A DNA stretch of 64,000 nt, taken from NCBI GenBank assembly GCA_050944155.1, contig JBMNQN010000002.1:32001-96000 (forward strand). The letters are read 5' to 3'. Below are positions 1 to 10,979 of this stretch, piece by piece. This DNA is from Candidatus Methanomethylophilaceae archaeon. Lineage in GTDB: Archaea; Thermoplasmatota; Thermoplasmata; Methanomassiliicoccales; Methanomethylophilaceae. The number at the start of each line of letters is the position of its first letter. The first letter of the stretch is position 1. A program made the translations under genes and the position numbers. The notes beneath the pieces were generated by a model, which worked only from the letters and a program-made list of their open reading frames with translations, was not told the origin of the DNA and did no database searches.

Positions 1-310
1 CGGTGGTTATGGTGGCGCCTTTGTTCAGAATGTTACGCTGAACGTAGTTGGGGTCGGCGGGGTTGGTCTTGACGGTTACGATTTTGACTTTCTTGGCGGT
101 GTTGGTCTTCTTGTCGAGAACGTTGGCGTATTCCGCTCCGATAAGTCCGGTTTTTACGTTTCCGCCCATTCCGCGGTAGCTTTTAGCGGAGTGGGGACCG
201 ACTCTGGTGAACTGTTTCTCTCTGCCAATCTCGAATTTTCTTTTGCCGGCGCAAAGAACGCGCCTTCCGCCCGTAGGCTTTCTTCTGGATTTACCCTGCC
301 AAAGTGCCAT
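1..310 (-). CDS. rps8e: 30S ribosomal protein S8e (3' end runs off window; absent from ORF track)
   Basis: Manual translation from ATG at 310: MALWQGKSRRKPTGGRR...KRKFEIGRE...NPADPNYVQRNILNKGA, typical eS8; GGAG SD upstream. Confidence 0.95.
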   Translation of the reverse strand, partial: MALWQGKSRRKPTGGRRVLCAGKRKFEIGREKQFTRVGPHSAKSYRGMGGNVKTGLIGAEYANVLDKKTNTAKKVKIVTVKTNPADPNYVQRNILNKGATITT

Positions 311-884
311 TCTAATCGACTCCTGCTATTGATGTTCCGTATAAAAGCTTTGCGCGGGACGGTACTCTGTTGCATAATTCCTGAGTAAGGCCGAAAATCG
401 CCTCATTTTTGATTAAAACGCCGTTTTTCTACCCCTTTACTCCATATCCGCAACCCCTTTCCGCACTCTTTTTTTCGGGCTCTCTGCTATTTATTTTTTT
501 GATAAACATAAGTATGAATTCTGTCAAGCCACGCATACAACCAGACGGTAGAGAAAAAGTCGCAAAAGAAAAACGAGTAGGACGGTCCCGCAGCCACAAT
601 AAAAACCTTCTGCGGGACGGTCACTCAGGAAACACGATAGGACGACGTACAGCTAAGGCAGAACGGAATAAAATCCGGAAATCGGAAAAAGAGATATAAA
701 AAAGTACGAAAACTCATTTTTCACGAAAATCACGCTAACAACAACGTATTCTTGCGCACGGATCCGAGATTTTCAACATAAATTCCCGATTAAAATCGTA
801 AAACAACCTGGAACGTACAAATTCCGGAAAACGGGGCAGATTCTACGTTTACTGCAATTCCATGATTATACAATAATCGCCGTC

Positions 885-2900
885 ATGAGTTTTTCAGAGA
901 GGCAGCTGTCCGCGGCGCCGCAGGCACCGCGGCCGGTATCCTTGAATCCCGAAAGTCCCGCATTACTCCAGGATACCGAAAAGAATATCGGATCCCGCCC
1001 CCGGAACTGCCCGGAAACCGGCAGCCTATTGGTTATACGACAGAGTAACGGATGTGCATATCTTTTTAAGCGGAAAAGTGCTGATTTAATCATAAGTCGG
1101 TACAGCACGTCGAATGATGCGCATAAGGACAGCTTCTTTACGAAACGCACCCTGGTTTTGTCCGCGGCCTTTTTCTTTTTGGCGGTCGCATCGTTCAGGT
1201 TTATGACGGGTTTCGCCGATGATGCGGACGCAATCTCGTTCGACAAGGACGGATTCATATACCAAACCACCTCCGTCGACGAAGAAGTTACGGTTACCGG
1301 CACTGAATTGACCTCCGGGAATCTGGAAATACCTTCCTCAGTCGATTACGACGGGAAGACTTACAAAGTCACCTCTATCGGAAATTCCGCATTCTACGGC
1401 TGTTCCGGGTTCACCGGCAACCTTACGATACCCAGCGGCGTCACGACCATCGGAGATTACGCATTCCAGAATTGTTCCGGGTTCACTGGCTCCCTCACGA
1501 TACCTAGCAGTGTTACGTCCATCGGAGATTACGCATTTTACGGGGCGAATTCTTTGTCGGGCCTGACTTTCGCCGGAGAAAGTCTTCCCGCAATCGGAAG
1601 TAATGCATTTAATTTCAACACGACTTCGACGGAAAAACCCTACGATCTTAAATTCCAGTCCAACAGGCCGTTGCCCGACGAACTGAAATACAATTACACG
1701 AAATTCCAATGCGAAATAATCTGGAACGTCGGTGGCACATCGCATACGCTGAAACACGTCTACGGTACCCTTCCGGAATATGACGGAACCACACCTGTAT
1801 CCACGCCCGACGGAAATTTCTATACGTGGAATCCGGCGGTCGAAGAGGTAACCGGTCCGAAAGAGTATACCGTCGCGTACAAGGAAATCACCGTGGATTT
1901 CGGTGGCGTCGATTACTACTACACGGGCTCCCCGATAACACCGGAAGTAACCGTTAAAATCGGTTCCGTTGAACTGGAAAAGGATACAGACTACGAGATT
2001 TCTTATTCTGAAACCTATGTAGGCTCCGCCACTGTCACGATTAAGGGCATCGGTAAATACGGAGGAACCGTCGAAAAAGGATTCGAGATCCTCAAGGCGA
2101 AGCTGACAATAACAGCCGAAGACAAAGCCGTCGTTTTCTCCGAAGCGGCTCCCGAGTTTACCGCGAAATACGAAGGGTTCGTGAGCGGCGACGACGAAAG
2201 CGTCCTTGTCGGAACCCTGGAATTCGACTGCGGTTACGACGGATCCGTTCACGCGGAAACTTTCGATATAATGCCCAAGGGATTAACATCGGACAACTAC
2301 GACATAACGTTCGTCAAGGGAACGCTTTCCTTCGTGGAGGCGACGATTGACATTCCGACCGCCGTATCCGGACTTACCTACAACGGTGCGGAACAGACCG
2401 GCGTCCCCGAGGGCGACGGTTACACAATAACCGGAAACACCGGCATATATCCCGGCGATTACTCGGCGACATTAACCCTAAATGACGGTTACGCCTGGTC
2501 CGACGGGTCCGTCGATGCCAAGACGGTTGAGTGGTCCATAGCCAAGGCGAAGCTGACAATAACAGCCGAAGACAAGACGGTTACCTTCTCCGAAGCAGCT
2601 CCCGGGTTCACCGCGAAGTACGAAGGGTTCGTAAACGACGAGAACGAAAGCGCTCTCGGCGGAACTCTGGAATTCGACTGCGGTTACGACGGATCCGTTT
2701 ACGCGGAAACTTTCGACATAACGCCAAAAGGACTCACTTCGGACAACTACGACATAACCTTTGCGAAGGGTACTCTCACCGTGGTGTCAAACGCCCCCGC
2801 CGAGAATACGGGCGTCTCCCTGGGCGTGATTGCCGCAACCGTCGCGGTTCTGTCGACGGCTGCCGCGGGATCCATGTATTGGGTGCTGAGACGGAAGTGA
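885..2900 (+). CDS. Adhesin-like surface protein: BspA-type LRRs, two MBG-like Ig domains, C-terminal TM anchor (true start uncertain, probably downstream)
   Basis: Signal-like KRTLVLSAAFFFLAVA..ADA; LTIPSGVTTIGDYAF repeats; duplicated KAKLTITAEDK...LTSDNYDITF domain; hydrophobic C-terminus ending LRRK. Confidence 0.85.
   Translation: MSFSERQLSAAPQAPRPVSLNPESPALLQDTEKNIGSRPRNCPETGSLLVIRQSNGCAYLFKRKSADLIISRYSTSNDAHKDSFFTKRTLVLSAAFFFLAVASFRFMTGFADDADAISFDKDGFIYQTTSVDEEVTVTGTELTSGNLEIPSSVDYDGKTYKVTSIGNSAFYGCSGFTGNLTIPSGVTTIGDYAFQNCSGFTGSLTIPSSVTSIGDYAFYGANSLSGLTFAGESLPAIGSNAFNFNTTSTEKPYDLKFQSNRPLPDELKYNYTKFQCEIIWNVGGTSHTLKHVYGTLPEYDGTTPVSTPDGNFYTWNPAVEEVTGPKEYTVAYKEITVDFGGVDYYYTGSPITPEVTVKIGSVELEKDTDYEISYSETYVGSATVTIKGIGKYGGTVEKGFEILKAKLTITAEDKAVVFSEAAPEFTAKYEGFVSGDDESVLVGTLEFDCGYDGSVHAETFDIMPKGLTSDNYDITFVKGTLSFVEATIDIPTAVSGLTYNGAEQTGVPEGDGYTITGNTGIYPGDYSATLTLNDGYAWSDGSVDAKTVEWSIAKAKLTITAEDKTVTFSEAAPGFTAKYEGFVNDENESALGGTLEFDCGYDGSVYAETFDITPKGLTSDNYDITFAKGTLTVVSNAPAENTGVSLGVIAATVAVLSTAAAGSMYWVLRRK
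1371..1560 (+). repeat. 72-bp (24-aa) tandem BspA-type LRR units
   Basis: atcggagattacgcatt and gttccgggttcac recur at 72-bp spacing. Confidence 0.85.
2093..2780 (+). repeat. Intragenic direct repeat (~240 bp x2, 450-bp period) encoding MBG-like domains
   Basis: caaggcgaagctgacaataacagccgaagacaa at 2093 and 2543; ctggaattcgactgcggttacgacggatccgtt duplicated. Confidence 0.9.
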
Positions 2901-2906
2901 GTCCGT

Positions 2907-2927
2907 GACGCCCGCGCTGCGGGCGTC
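2907..2927 (+). terminator. GC-rich hairpin after adhesin stop
   Basis: gacgcccgc-gct-gcgggcgtc inverted repeat. Confidence 0.55.
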
Positions 2928-3117
2928 CGGACAAAACCTTTACCGTATATTCCCCGAATCATCGCAAACAGGCTCTTCGGGTTCAGCTGCGCAATGAACC
3001 GATAAACTCCGAATCAGTGTTCATACACTTTATCCGGTGATCGTAACGATATTTTCCTTCGAACGTAACCCGACCGGAGAGATTCCTGCCGTCAGGAATT
3101 TCGTTTTCATACTGATT

Positions 3118-3759
3118 TCAGTCCCGCGGACCGAGCATCTTTACATCTATGCCCCCGCCGTCGATTTCTATAACGGCAGCATATCCGTCTCTTGCGGGAC
3201 CAGGATTTACGAAAACGGTGCCGTTCTTTTTCACGGTTCCGATGGCTTCGTGCACATGGCCGGACAGGGCCAGAACGGGACCGAATTCTTCGACTATGCG
3301 TCCCACGGCGGGACTTCCCACGTTCAGTCCGGACGGAATTTCGTCCAGTATTCCGTACGAAGGGACGTGCGTCATCAGGACCATTCCTTTTTCGGATACG
3401 GTTTTCAGTCCTTCGTACAGTTCTTCCTCGGTGAGCTCGAAAGGAGTCCCGAAAATGGTTATGTTCGAACCTCCCAGTCCGGCGAAACGGAGACCCATAA
3501 TATCCGCGCTCTTTCCGTGCATGTCGTGCGCTATATCGCTCACCGCGGAGGGCATGTCTCTGGGATCGCAGTTTCCGGGTATGACGTAAACTTCGGAATC
3601 GATTTCGGAAAGGATGGAAACGGCGTCTTCACCCGTTCCCATATCCGTAACGTCTCCCAGGAATACCGTGAAATCCGCTCCGTATTCCTTAATCCTGGAG
3701 TTTATGGAGGGTATTCTCGATTTTTTCTGATGCAGGTCCGAAATGACAAGGAATTTCAT
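3118..3759 (-). CDS. Metallophosphoesterase (calcineurin-like)
   Basis: SDLH, GD, PGNCD, TH and SGHVHE motifs. Confidence 0.9.
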   Translation of the reverse strand: MKFLVISDLHQKKSRIPSINSRIKEYGADFTVFLGDVTDMGTGEDAVSILSEIDSEVYVIPGNCDPRDMPSAVSDIAHDMHGKSADIMGLRFAGLGGSNITIFGTPFELTEEELYEGLKTVSEKGMVLMTHVPSYGILDEIPSGLNVGSPAVGRIVEEFGPVLALSGHVHEAIGTVKKNGTVFVNPGPARDGYAAVIEIDGGGIDVKMLGPRD

Positions 3760-3818
3760 GAAACGTCATGGCTCCGCATGGTAATCAATTGTTCTCTCCG
3801 CGACGGAATGTTATCCGT

Positions 3819-4667
3819 TCACCTGAGGTAAATCACTATACCCCCGTATTCGGGACTGTATTCGGAGATCATGGTCGTCCGTTCCGAAAACGGAAGTACC
3901 ATGTTCAGACCGTTCAGCATCATGGTGTGGCGCATACACACCACATCCCCGTTTTCGTGGGGCCTCACCACCAGTATTCTGTAGTCGGCGCTTATGTGGA
4001 CGAAATATCTTGTTTTGCAGAAAGATTCGCTGTAAATTTCGTCGGGACCGATTCTTTCGACGGTAATCCTCTCCGGACGGAAAGACGTAAAACCGTCGGC
4101 ATTCGGTATGGTTTCTCCGCAGGGTTCCGGGGGACGCATCTCGTACATCCGTACTTTTTCCTCCAGGGAAGATATGATCTGCCGGTTTTCCTTGTCTTTT
4201 CCTTCGAGTTCTTCGATTTTGGAATTCAGTTCGCTTATGTGTTCTTCCTTTTCTTTGACGGCTTCCGCAACCTTCTCGCCGATGAATTTTTTGGTGATTT
4301 CTTTGTATTTTTCTTCAAGCAGAGGTTCCACCGCGTCCCTGTGCTTCGTAAGTATGATTTCCACTATGTCTTCTATCTGATCTCCCCTCATTTCCATAAG
4401 AAAAGCGCCGTCGACTCTGTGTACGGCTTTGGCGAAATAGTAATGTCCCATCAGCGTGAGGGTACAGAGCCAGGTTTCTCCCTCGTGTATTATGTTTTCG
4501 AAGGCCCGGTCTCTGTATACGTTGCGGCCTCTGTATTTGGACAGAATTATGTTTCTGACGGGATCTCTGTAGAAGGTTAGGGCGACCGCGCTTTCGATGC
4601 TGTCCAATCCGTCGTCCGCCAGATTCCATTTGTCCATGAAATCGTTCGATGCTTTGTGGAATTCCAT
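3819..4667 (-). CDS. Hypothetical protein with central coiled coil
   Basis: 282-aa ORF with EK-rich heptads (KEKEEHISELNSKIEELE); ATG immediately follows NYN stop. Confidence 0.75.
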   Translation of the reverse strand: MEFHKASNDFMDKWNLADDGLDSIESAVALTFYRDPVRNIILSKYRGRNVYRDRAFENIIHEGETWLCTLTLMGHYYFAKAVHRVDGAFLMEMRGDQIEDIVEIILTKHRDAVEPLLEEKYKEITKKFIGEKVAEAVKEKEEHISELNSKIEELEGKDKENRQIISSLEEKVRMYEMRPPEPCGETIPNADGFTSFRPERITVERIGPDEIYSESFCKTRYFVHISADYRILVVRPHENGDVVCMRHTMMLNGLNMVLPFSERTTMISEYSPEYGGIVIYLR

Positions 4668-5201
4668 TTATTCAGCCTCCTCGGATGCGGTTTCGTTTTC
4701 GGTTTCTTTCGGAGGGTTGAACACGGACAGAAGAGGCATTTTTTCGAGAGCGTGGAAACTGTCTCCCGCCTTTCTCATTTCGTTGCCCACCGAATAGGCG
4801 AAAGCGGCCACTTCCACCTTTTTTCCGGCGGACTGTATCTGCTGTATCGCGGGTACGAAGTCTCTGTCCCCGCTTACGACCACGGCAACGTCGTAATGGT
4901 TTCTGAGTGCGTGTACGACCATTTCGCAGGCCATGGCCACGTCTACTTCTTTCTGCTCGTCCCTTTCGGAATCGTAAGCTTCCCTGGCTATCACCCTGTA
5001 TCCCATATATCTGAGTTTGTCGTGCAGTTTTCTGGAAGAATCGTTTTCTCCGAAGGGTGCCTGTGTGTCGAATATGTATGCGGCAACCAGTTCCCTCTGG
5101 TCGAGGAGCTGAATCGCCAGCGTATAGAAGTCCAGTCTGAATACTTTGTTTTCGCTCAGCTGGACGCTTTTGAGAACGTTTCTGATATCAACAAAAATCA
5201 T
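4668..5201 (-). CDS. NYN/LabA-DUF88 PIN-like nuclease domain protein
   Basis: IFVD, QKEVDV and VSGDRDF acidic motifs; start may be an in-frame CTG ~10 codons upstream after a GGTGA SD. Confidence 0.88.
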   Translation of the reverse strand: MIFVDIRNVLKSVQLSENKVFRLDFYTLAIQLLDQRELVAAYIFDTQAPFGENDSSRKLHDKLRYMGYRVIAREAYDSERDEQKEVDVAMACEMVVHALRNHYDVAVVVSGDRDFVPAIQQIQSAGKKVEVAAFAYSVGNEMRKAGDSFHALEKMPLLSVFNPPKETENETASEEAE

Positions 5202-5332
5202 GACACGGTCCGTTTTGTTTTTCGTGATCAGTGAAATGGAATCACCGGCGCGTATATTGTAAGAATAGAATATCTAATATACGGACGAAGAGGGGCGCAT
5301 GTCTCGAAAATCCGTTATGTTTTGCAGAATAA

Positions 5333-5420
5333 TGGCGTGGAGGGCGAGATTCGAACTCGCGAGTCCTTTTGGGACAATAGATTAGCAGTCTATCGCCTTG
5401 CCAGGCTGGGCCACCTCCAC
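5333..5420 (-). tRNA. tRNA-Ser(GCT), encoded CCA
   Basis: GTGGAGG/CCTCCAC acceptor, ATAGA-CTGCTAA-TCTAT anticodon arm, long variable arm, TTCGAAT. Confidence 0.96.
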
Positions 5421-5734
5421 AGCATCAAGCCGTATGAACTCGGATTATTAAAGATTTGGACTTAACAGAGGGGGAAAACCGTCGGGAAAAGGTATTTCCG
5501 CCGTTCTGCGGCGTTATTCCGCAAATCCGAAAACATCGGTGCCGTACTGTATTTTCGGATTCGAAGTATACGCGCTGTTCTAATGCGACACGTGCGTAAA
5601 AATCGGGGCAACTATCTGCCGGCAGGAGGCCGTAAAATACGGAATGCGGAAAAATCATGATTGTTATTTTATACTCCTAATATGATGTTATATTTCCCGC
5701 GTGTATCGGACGGGTATCGGCGGAATCATAATCG

Positions 5735-5769
5735 TTATATACCCGACCGTTATACAAGGAGATGCGCGA
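5735..5769 (+). promoter_or_regulatory. 16S rRNA promoter (TATA plus initiator)
   Basis: TTATATA at 5735 and GGAGATGCGCGA at 5758; same layout before the 23S gene. Confidence 0.7.
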
Positions 5770-5990
5770 CTTGGCGACCACATGTTCTGTGGTCTCTGAT
5801 GCCGCGATGATGGAGAGTCAAGATCTCCGCTTCGGCGTGTTCTCTTGAACTCTGACGTTCGATGCTACGAATGTTCTGTTAGACGGAGCATTCTAACGAG
5901 TGAGCCGTTTGACAGGACAGCGGTGAAACATGGTAAACTGCCAGTTTCTATTTCATCCATCCAAGACGATACAAAAAGTCATAGGATTTG

Positions 5991-7460
<1,470 letters not shown>

Positions 7461-7716
7461 AAGCAGGGCGGGGTACAACCCCGCCCTCAACCAACAAACA
7501 AAGTGTGTATATACCGAAATAAGCAAGGAAGTCTATTGATTTCCCGGCGATTCCTTGGCAGTTTGCCATGCACTAAACGTAGCATCGAACGTCAATCCTT
7601 CATTTTTATCATTCATACGTATCTGTTTACGGCATCCCGTATCGATTTTTCCGACGGATGTTGATTTCTTTTCGGGGTTTTTTAGAAATTTACGTGCCGT
7701 TTACGGGTTGAAAAGG

Positions 7717-7789
7717 TAGTCCTGCCCGGATTCGAACCGGAGTCTCCGGCTCCAAAGGCCGGAATGATTGACCGCTACACTACAGGACT
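7717..7789 (-). tRNA. tRNA-Gln(TTG)
   Basis: AGTCCTG/CAGGACT acceptor (A1-U72, archaeal Gln), CCGGC-CTTTGGA-GCCGG anticodon arm. Confidence 0.96.
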
Positions 7790-7810
7790 TTCGGGCGCTT
7801 ATCCCGTTCT

Positions 7811-9046
7811 TTATATAACGATTTTACCGATAAGATGGGTAGGTTTGCATCCGGTTATTTCCGCCTCGGCAAAGGTGCCCAGAGGCAGACCCTCCGCTAT
7901 TCCCACGGGACGGTAGCTGTCCGTTCTGGCTATGACGGATCCGTCCTTTCCTTTTTCCGTCACAAGAATTCTGAAGGTTTTTCCCACGGTCTTTCTGTTG
8001 TTTTCCAGACAGATTTTGTTTTTGATTTCGGTGAGTTCGGCCGAACGCTCTTTCGCAATCCTTCCGTTGACCTGTTCCATCTCCGCGGCCTTCGTCCCCG
8101 GACGGGGGGAAAATCTCGTTATGTTGACCGTATCGGCTCTGAGTTTTTTCAGAATCTCTGCACTCATGCGGTGGTCTTCCTCCGTTTCTCCGGGAAATCC
8201 CGTAATCATGTCGGTGGATATGCTCATATCGGGATAGACGGAACGGATTTTTTTCACCAGTTCGATGTATTCCCCTGCGGTGTAACCCCTCCCCATAGCT
8301 TTCAGTATGTCGTCGCTGCCGCTCTGCAGCGGTATGTGAAGAAATCTGTACACTCTCGGATCTTCGAAAACTTCCAGAAGTCCGTCGAGAACCGGAGGGA
8401 TTCTGCAGGGATTCATCATTCCGATGCGCACTCTGTAGTCTCCGTCTTTTTCCAGCATGCGTTTCAGAAGAACGGAAAGATCCGTTCCCGAATCCGCTCC
8501 GTAGCAGACGGTATCCTGGGACGTTATCAGAATTTCCTTTGCTCCGCCGTCGATTTTTTTCCGGAATTCTTTAATCAGTTCCTCTTCGGGATAGCTTTTC
8601 AGTTTTCCCCTGGCGAAGCGCGTTATGCAGTATGTGCACGCTCCCAGACACCCCTGGGCGACGGGGAGTATCGCGGACACGGATGTTTTTCTGTGCTCCG
8701 AAGGAGCGCTCTGTCCGTATCTGTTCCCCACTTTTTCGGAAAAATCGGAATAATTTTTGGGAGTAATCACCAGGGAACCGGGAAGTCTTACCGCGATTCT
8801 TCCGGGCTGTACTTCCGCCATGCATCCCGTTACGATAACCTCTTTCCCGAGATTTCTCAGTTCGGTCATCCTTTTGACCATTTTTTTCTCGGTGGCCTCC
8901 ACTACCGTGCAGGTGTTCAGAATGACTATGTCGGCTTCTTCAGCCGATTCCGCTTCGGAATATCCCATCCCGGACATCCGCTCCGACAGCTGCTCTCCTT
9001 CACCGAAGTTCATGGTGCAGCCGTACGATTCCACGTAATGCTTCAT
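7811..9046 (-). CDS. tRNA methylthiotransferase, MiaB/MtaB (archaeal CDKAL1-like) family radical SAM
   Basis: ESYGCTMN, LNTCTV, TGC, CLGACTYC, C-terminal TRAM; start at ATG overlapping the aIF2-beta stop. Confidence 0.92.
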   Translation of the reverse strand: MKHYVESYGCTMNFGEGEQLSERMSGMGYSEAESAEEADIVILNTCTVVEATEKKMVKRMTELRNLGKEVIVTGCMAEVQPGRIAVRLPGSLVITPKNYSDFSEKVGNRYGQSAPSEHRKTSVSAILPVAQGCLGACTYCITRFARGKLKSYPEEELIKEFRKKIDGGAKEILITSQDTVCYGADSGTDLSVLLKRMLEKDGDYRVRIGMMNPCRIPPVLDGLLEVFEDPRVYRFLHIPLQSGSDDILKAMGRGYTAGEYIELVKKIRSVYPDMSISTDMITGFPGETEEDHRMSAEILKKLRADTVNITRFSPRPGTKAAEMEQVNGRIAKERSAELTEIKNKICLENNRKTVGKTFRILVTEKGKDGSVIARTDSYRPVGIAEGLPLGTFAEAEITGCKPTHLIGKIVI

Positions 9047-9678
9047 CAGCGGGTCGGAGCCTCGTCGGTAACCTGTCCAAATGCAGTTTTTGCCGAGATG
9101 TTCGTAATCTTGGCGCGGACGCGGGAGCCTTTGGCGGTTCCGGGAACTATGATGACAAAATCTCCGAATTTGCCTATTCCGTCTCCTTTCTTTCCCACGT
9201 CGTTGATGCTGAGTTCCAGAACGTCTCCCACCTTCAGAACGTCCGCGTCCGCTTTCACGGTTTTGCGGACGGATATGGGACGCCGTGCGCCGCAGGCTTC
9301 GCACTCCAGCATCACTATGCGGTCCTCTTTGGTGAGTTTCGTGTCGGGACGTCCGCATTCGGTGCACAATACGTAAGTGTCCACGTACTGCTGCAGTCTG
9401 TCCGATATGTTCTGAGCGGGAATTTTAGCTTTGAACACCGCTCTTCTGTTGTCTACGTCGCCGGGGGTTCCCAGTTCCCTGAGCAGGAAATGCAGAAGGT
9501 GCTGGGGATCTCTCCGTACTTTGTCGGCGATGTCCATGAAGTTTCTGAGAATGGTGATTTTTCCTTCCTGAATCACGTCGAGTTCGGGAAGCGCGAATCT
9601 TTCGTGATTCTCTATGGTTTCGGGAAGGTTCATTTTGGCTCTTTCGAGCAGTGCCAAGTAATCGCTGTCGTCTTCCAT
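9046..9678 (-). CDS. eif2b: Translation initiation factor aIF-2 beta with C-terminal TRAM domain
   Basis: LRELGT, YVLCTECGRPDT...CEACGA zinc ribbon, GKKGDGI TRAM. Confidence 0.93.
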   Translation of the reverse strand: MEDDSDYLALLERAKMNLPETIENHERFALPELDVIQEGKITILRNFMDIADKVRRDPQHLLHFLLRELGTPGDVDNRRAVFKAKIPAQNISDRLQQYVDTYVLCTECGRPDTKLTKEDRIVMLECEACGARRPISVRKTVKADADVLKVGDVLELSINDVGKKGDGIGKFGDFVIIVPGTAKGSRVRAKITNISAKTAFGQVTDEAPTR

Positions 9679-9922
9679 AACTTATCCCTGACTCCGTTTA
9701 AGCGGACCAGCTTTTAAAACTTGTGCATGATACGCTGTATTATACATGCTTCGCGGGGAATCCCAAACGTCTCTCCGCGGTGCTTTTTCACCCATCGGAG
9801 CAAGTGTCAGGTGTAAAAGGTCTTAAATAGAGGGTTATGCTAGCCATGCTCCGCTATAGACCTTCAATATAGGTCTTTAAATATAGCGCGTGTATCGCGT
9901 TAACACTCATCGAGGTGAAAAA

Positions 9923-10351
9923 TTGGGAAGAGGTCTTAACACCGCAAGAAAAATGGAGGATGACAGGCAGAAATTCCGCTGGCTGGACAGAGGCTATAAG
10001 AAAAGAGTGCTCAAACTGAGGGAGAAATCCGACCCGTTGGAAGGATCCTCTCAGGCCAGAGGCATAGTGCTTGAGAAAGTGGGAATCGAAGCCAAGCAGC
10101 CCAACTCCGCCATACGCAAGTGCGTAAAGGTTCAGCTTATCAAAAACGGCCGTCAGGTTACCGCGTTTGCGGTAGGAGACGGAGCCATCAACTTCATAGA
10201 CGAGCACGACGAGGTTCTCATCGAAGGTATCGGCGGAAGAATGGGCCGTTCCTACGGGGACATTCCCGGAGTGCGTTTCAAAGTAGTCAAGGTCAACAAC
10301 GTTTCTCTTGACGAAATGGTCAGAGGAAGGACCGAGAAACCCGTAAGGTGA
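9923..10351 (+). CDS. rps12: 30S ribosomal protein S12
   Basis: [22 protein letters not shown]; TTG start after GAGGTG SD. Confidence 0.97.
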   Translation: MGRGLNTARKMEDDRQKFRWLDRGYKKRVLKLREKSDPLEGSSQARGIVLEKVGIEAKQPNSAIRKCVKVQLIKNGRQVTAFAVGDGAINFIDEHDEVLIEGIGGRMGRSYGDIPGVRFKVVKVNNVSLDEMVRGRTEKPVR

Positions 10352-10356
10352 TTCAG

Positions 10357-10959
10357 ATGGCCGAAGAAGCAGTTTCAGGAAATACAGCGGCGGCCCCCAA
10401 GGCACTGATGTTCGGTAAGTACGATTCGACGGAAGTTGTCGTTGAAGACAGCGGCCTCGCCAAGTACATAGACCTCACCCCCACCAACATCCCCCATTCC
10501 GGAGGAAAGCACGCCAACAGATGGTTCGGAAAATCCAAACTGAGCATCGTCGAGAGGCTCATTAACGATATCATGAGAACCGAAAAATACACCGGCAAGA
10601 AGATGAAAGCTTACAAGACCGTTTCCCAGGCTTTCGACATAGTTGCCGAGAAGACCAAACAGAACCCTCTGCAGGTTCTTGTGACCGGGCTGCAGAACGC
10701 CGCCCCCAGGGAAGAGATAACCAGGCTTCAGTTCGGAGGAATTTCCGTTCCCAAAGCCGTGGACATCTCCCCCCAGAGAAGACTCGACATCGCCCTGCGC
10801 AACATGAGTGCCGGCGTTGTACAGGCGTCTTCCAAGAGCAAAAAATCCATCTCCGAATGTCTTGCCGACGAGATGCTTCTCGCCTCCAGAGGCGACATGC
10901 AGTCTTTCGCCGTATCCAAAAAGGAAGAGATAGAGAGAGTGGCGCAGGCCGCCAGGTGA
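10357..10959 (+). CDS. rps7: 30S ribosomal protein S7
   Basis: SIVERL, NAAPREE, AVDISPQRRLD, KKEEIERVA. Confidence 0.97.
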   Translation: MAEEAVSGNTAAAPKALMFGKYDSTEVVVEDSGLAKYIDLTPTNIPHSGGKHANRWFGKSKLSIVERLINDIMRTEKYTGKKMKAYKTVSQAFDIVAEKTKQNPLQVLVTGLQNAAPREEITRLQFGGISVPKAVDISPQRRLDIALRNMSAGVVQASSKSKKSISECLADEMLLASRGDMQSFAVSKKEEIERVAQAAR

Positions 10960-10979
10960 TTCCGTACGGGTGAAATGAT

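Noticed and set aside
409-699. 96-aa ORF in the intergenic region
   Set aside because: Low-complexity T-rich then A-rich sequence, non-ATG start and no recognisable domain.
5202-5300. In-frame ATG (5300) and TAG (5274-5276) upstream of the NYN gene as a possible pyrrolysine read-through extension
   Set aside because: The region is AT-rich and promoter-like, and a GGTGA SD with a CTG/ATG start downstream explains the gene; the extension looks non-coding.
9046-9678. aIF-2 beta fused to a TRAM domain
   Set aside because: A known architecture in several euryarchaeal and Thermoplasmata lineages.
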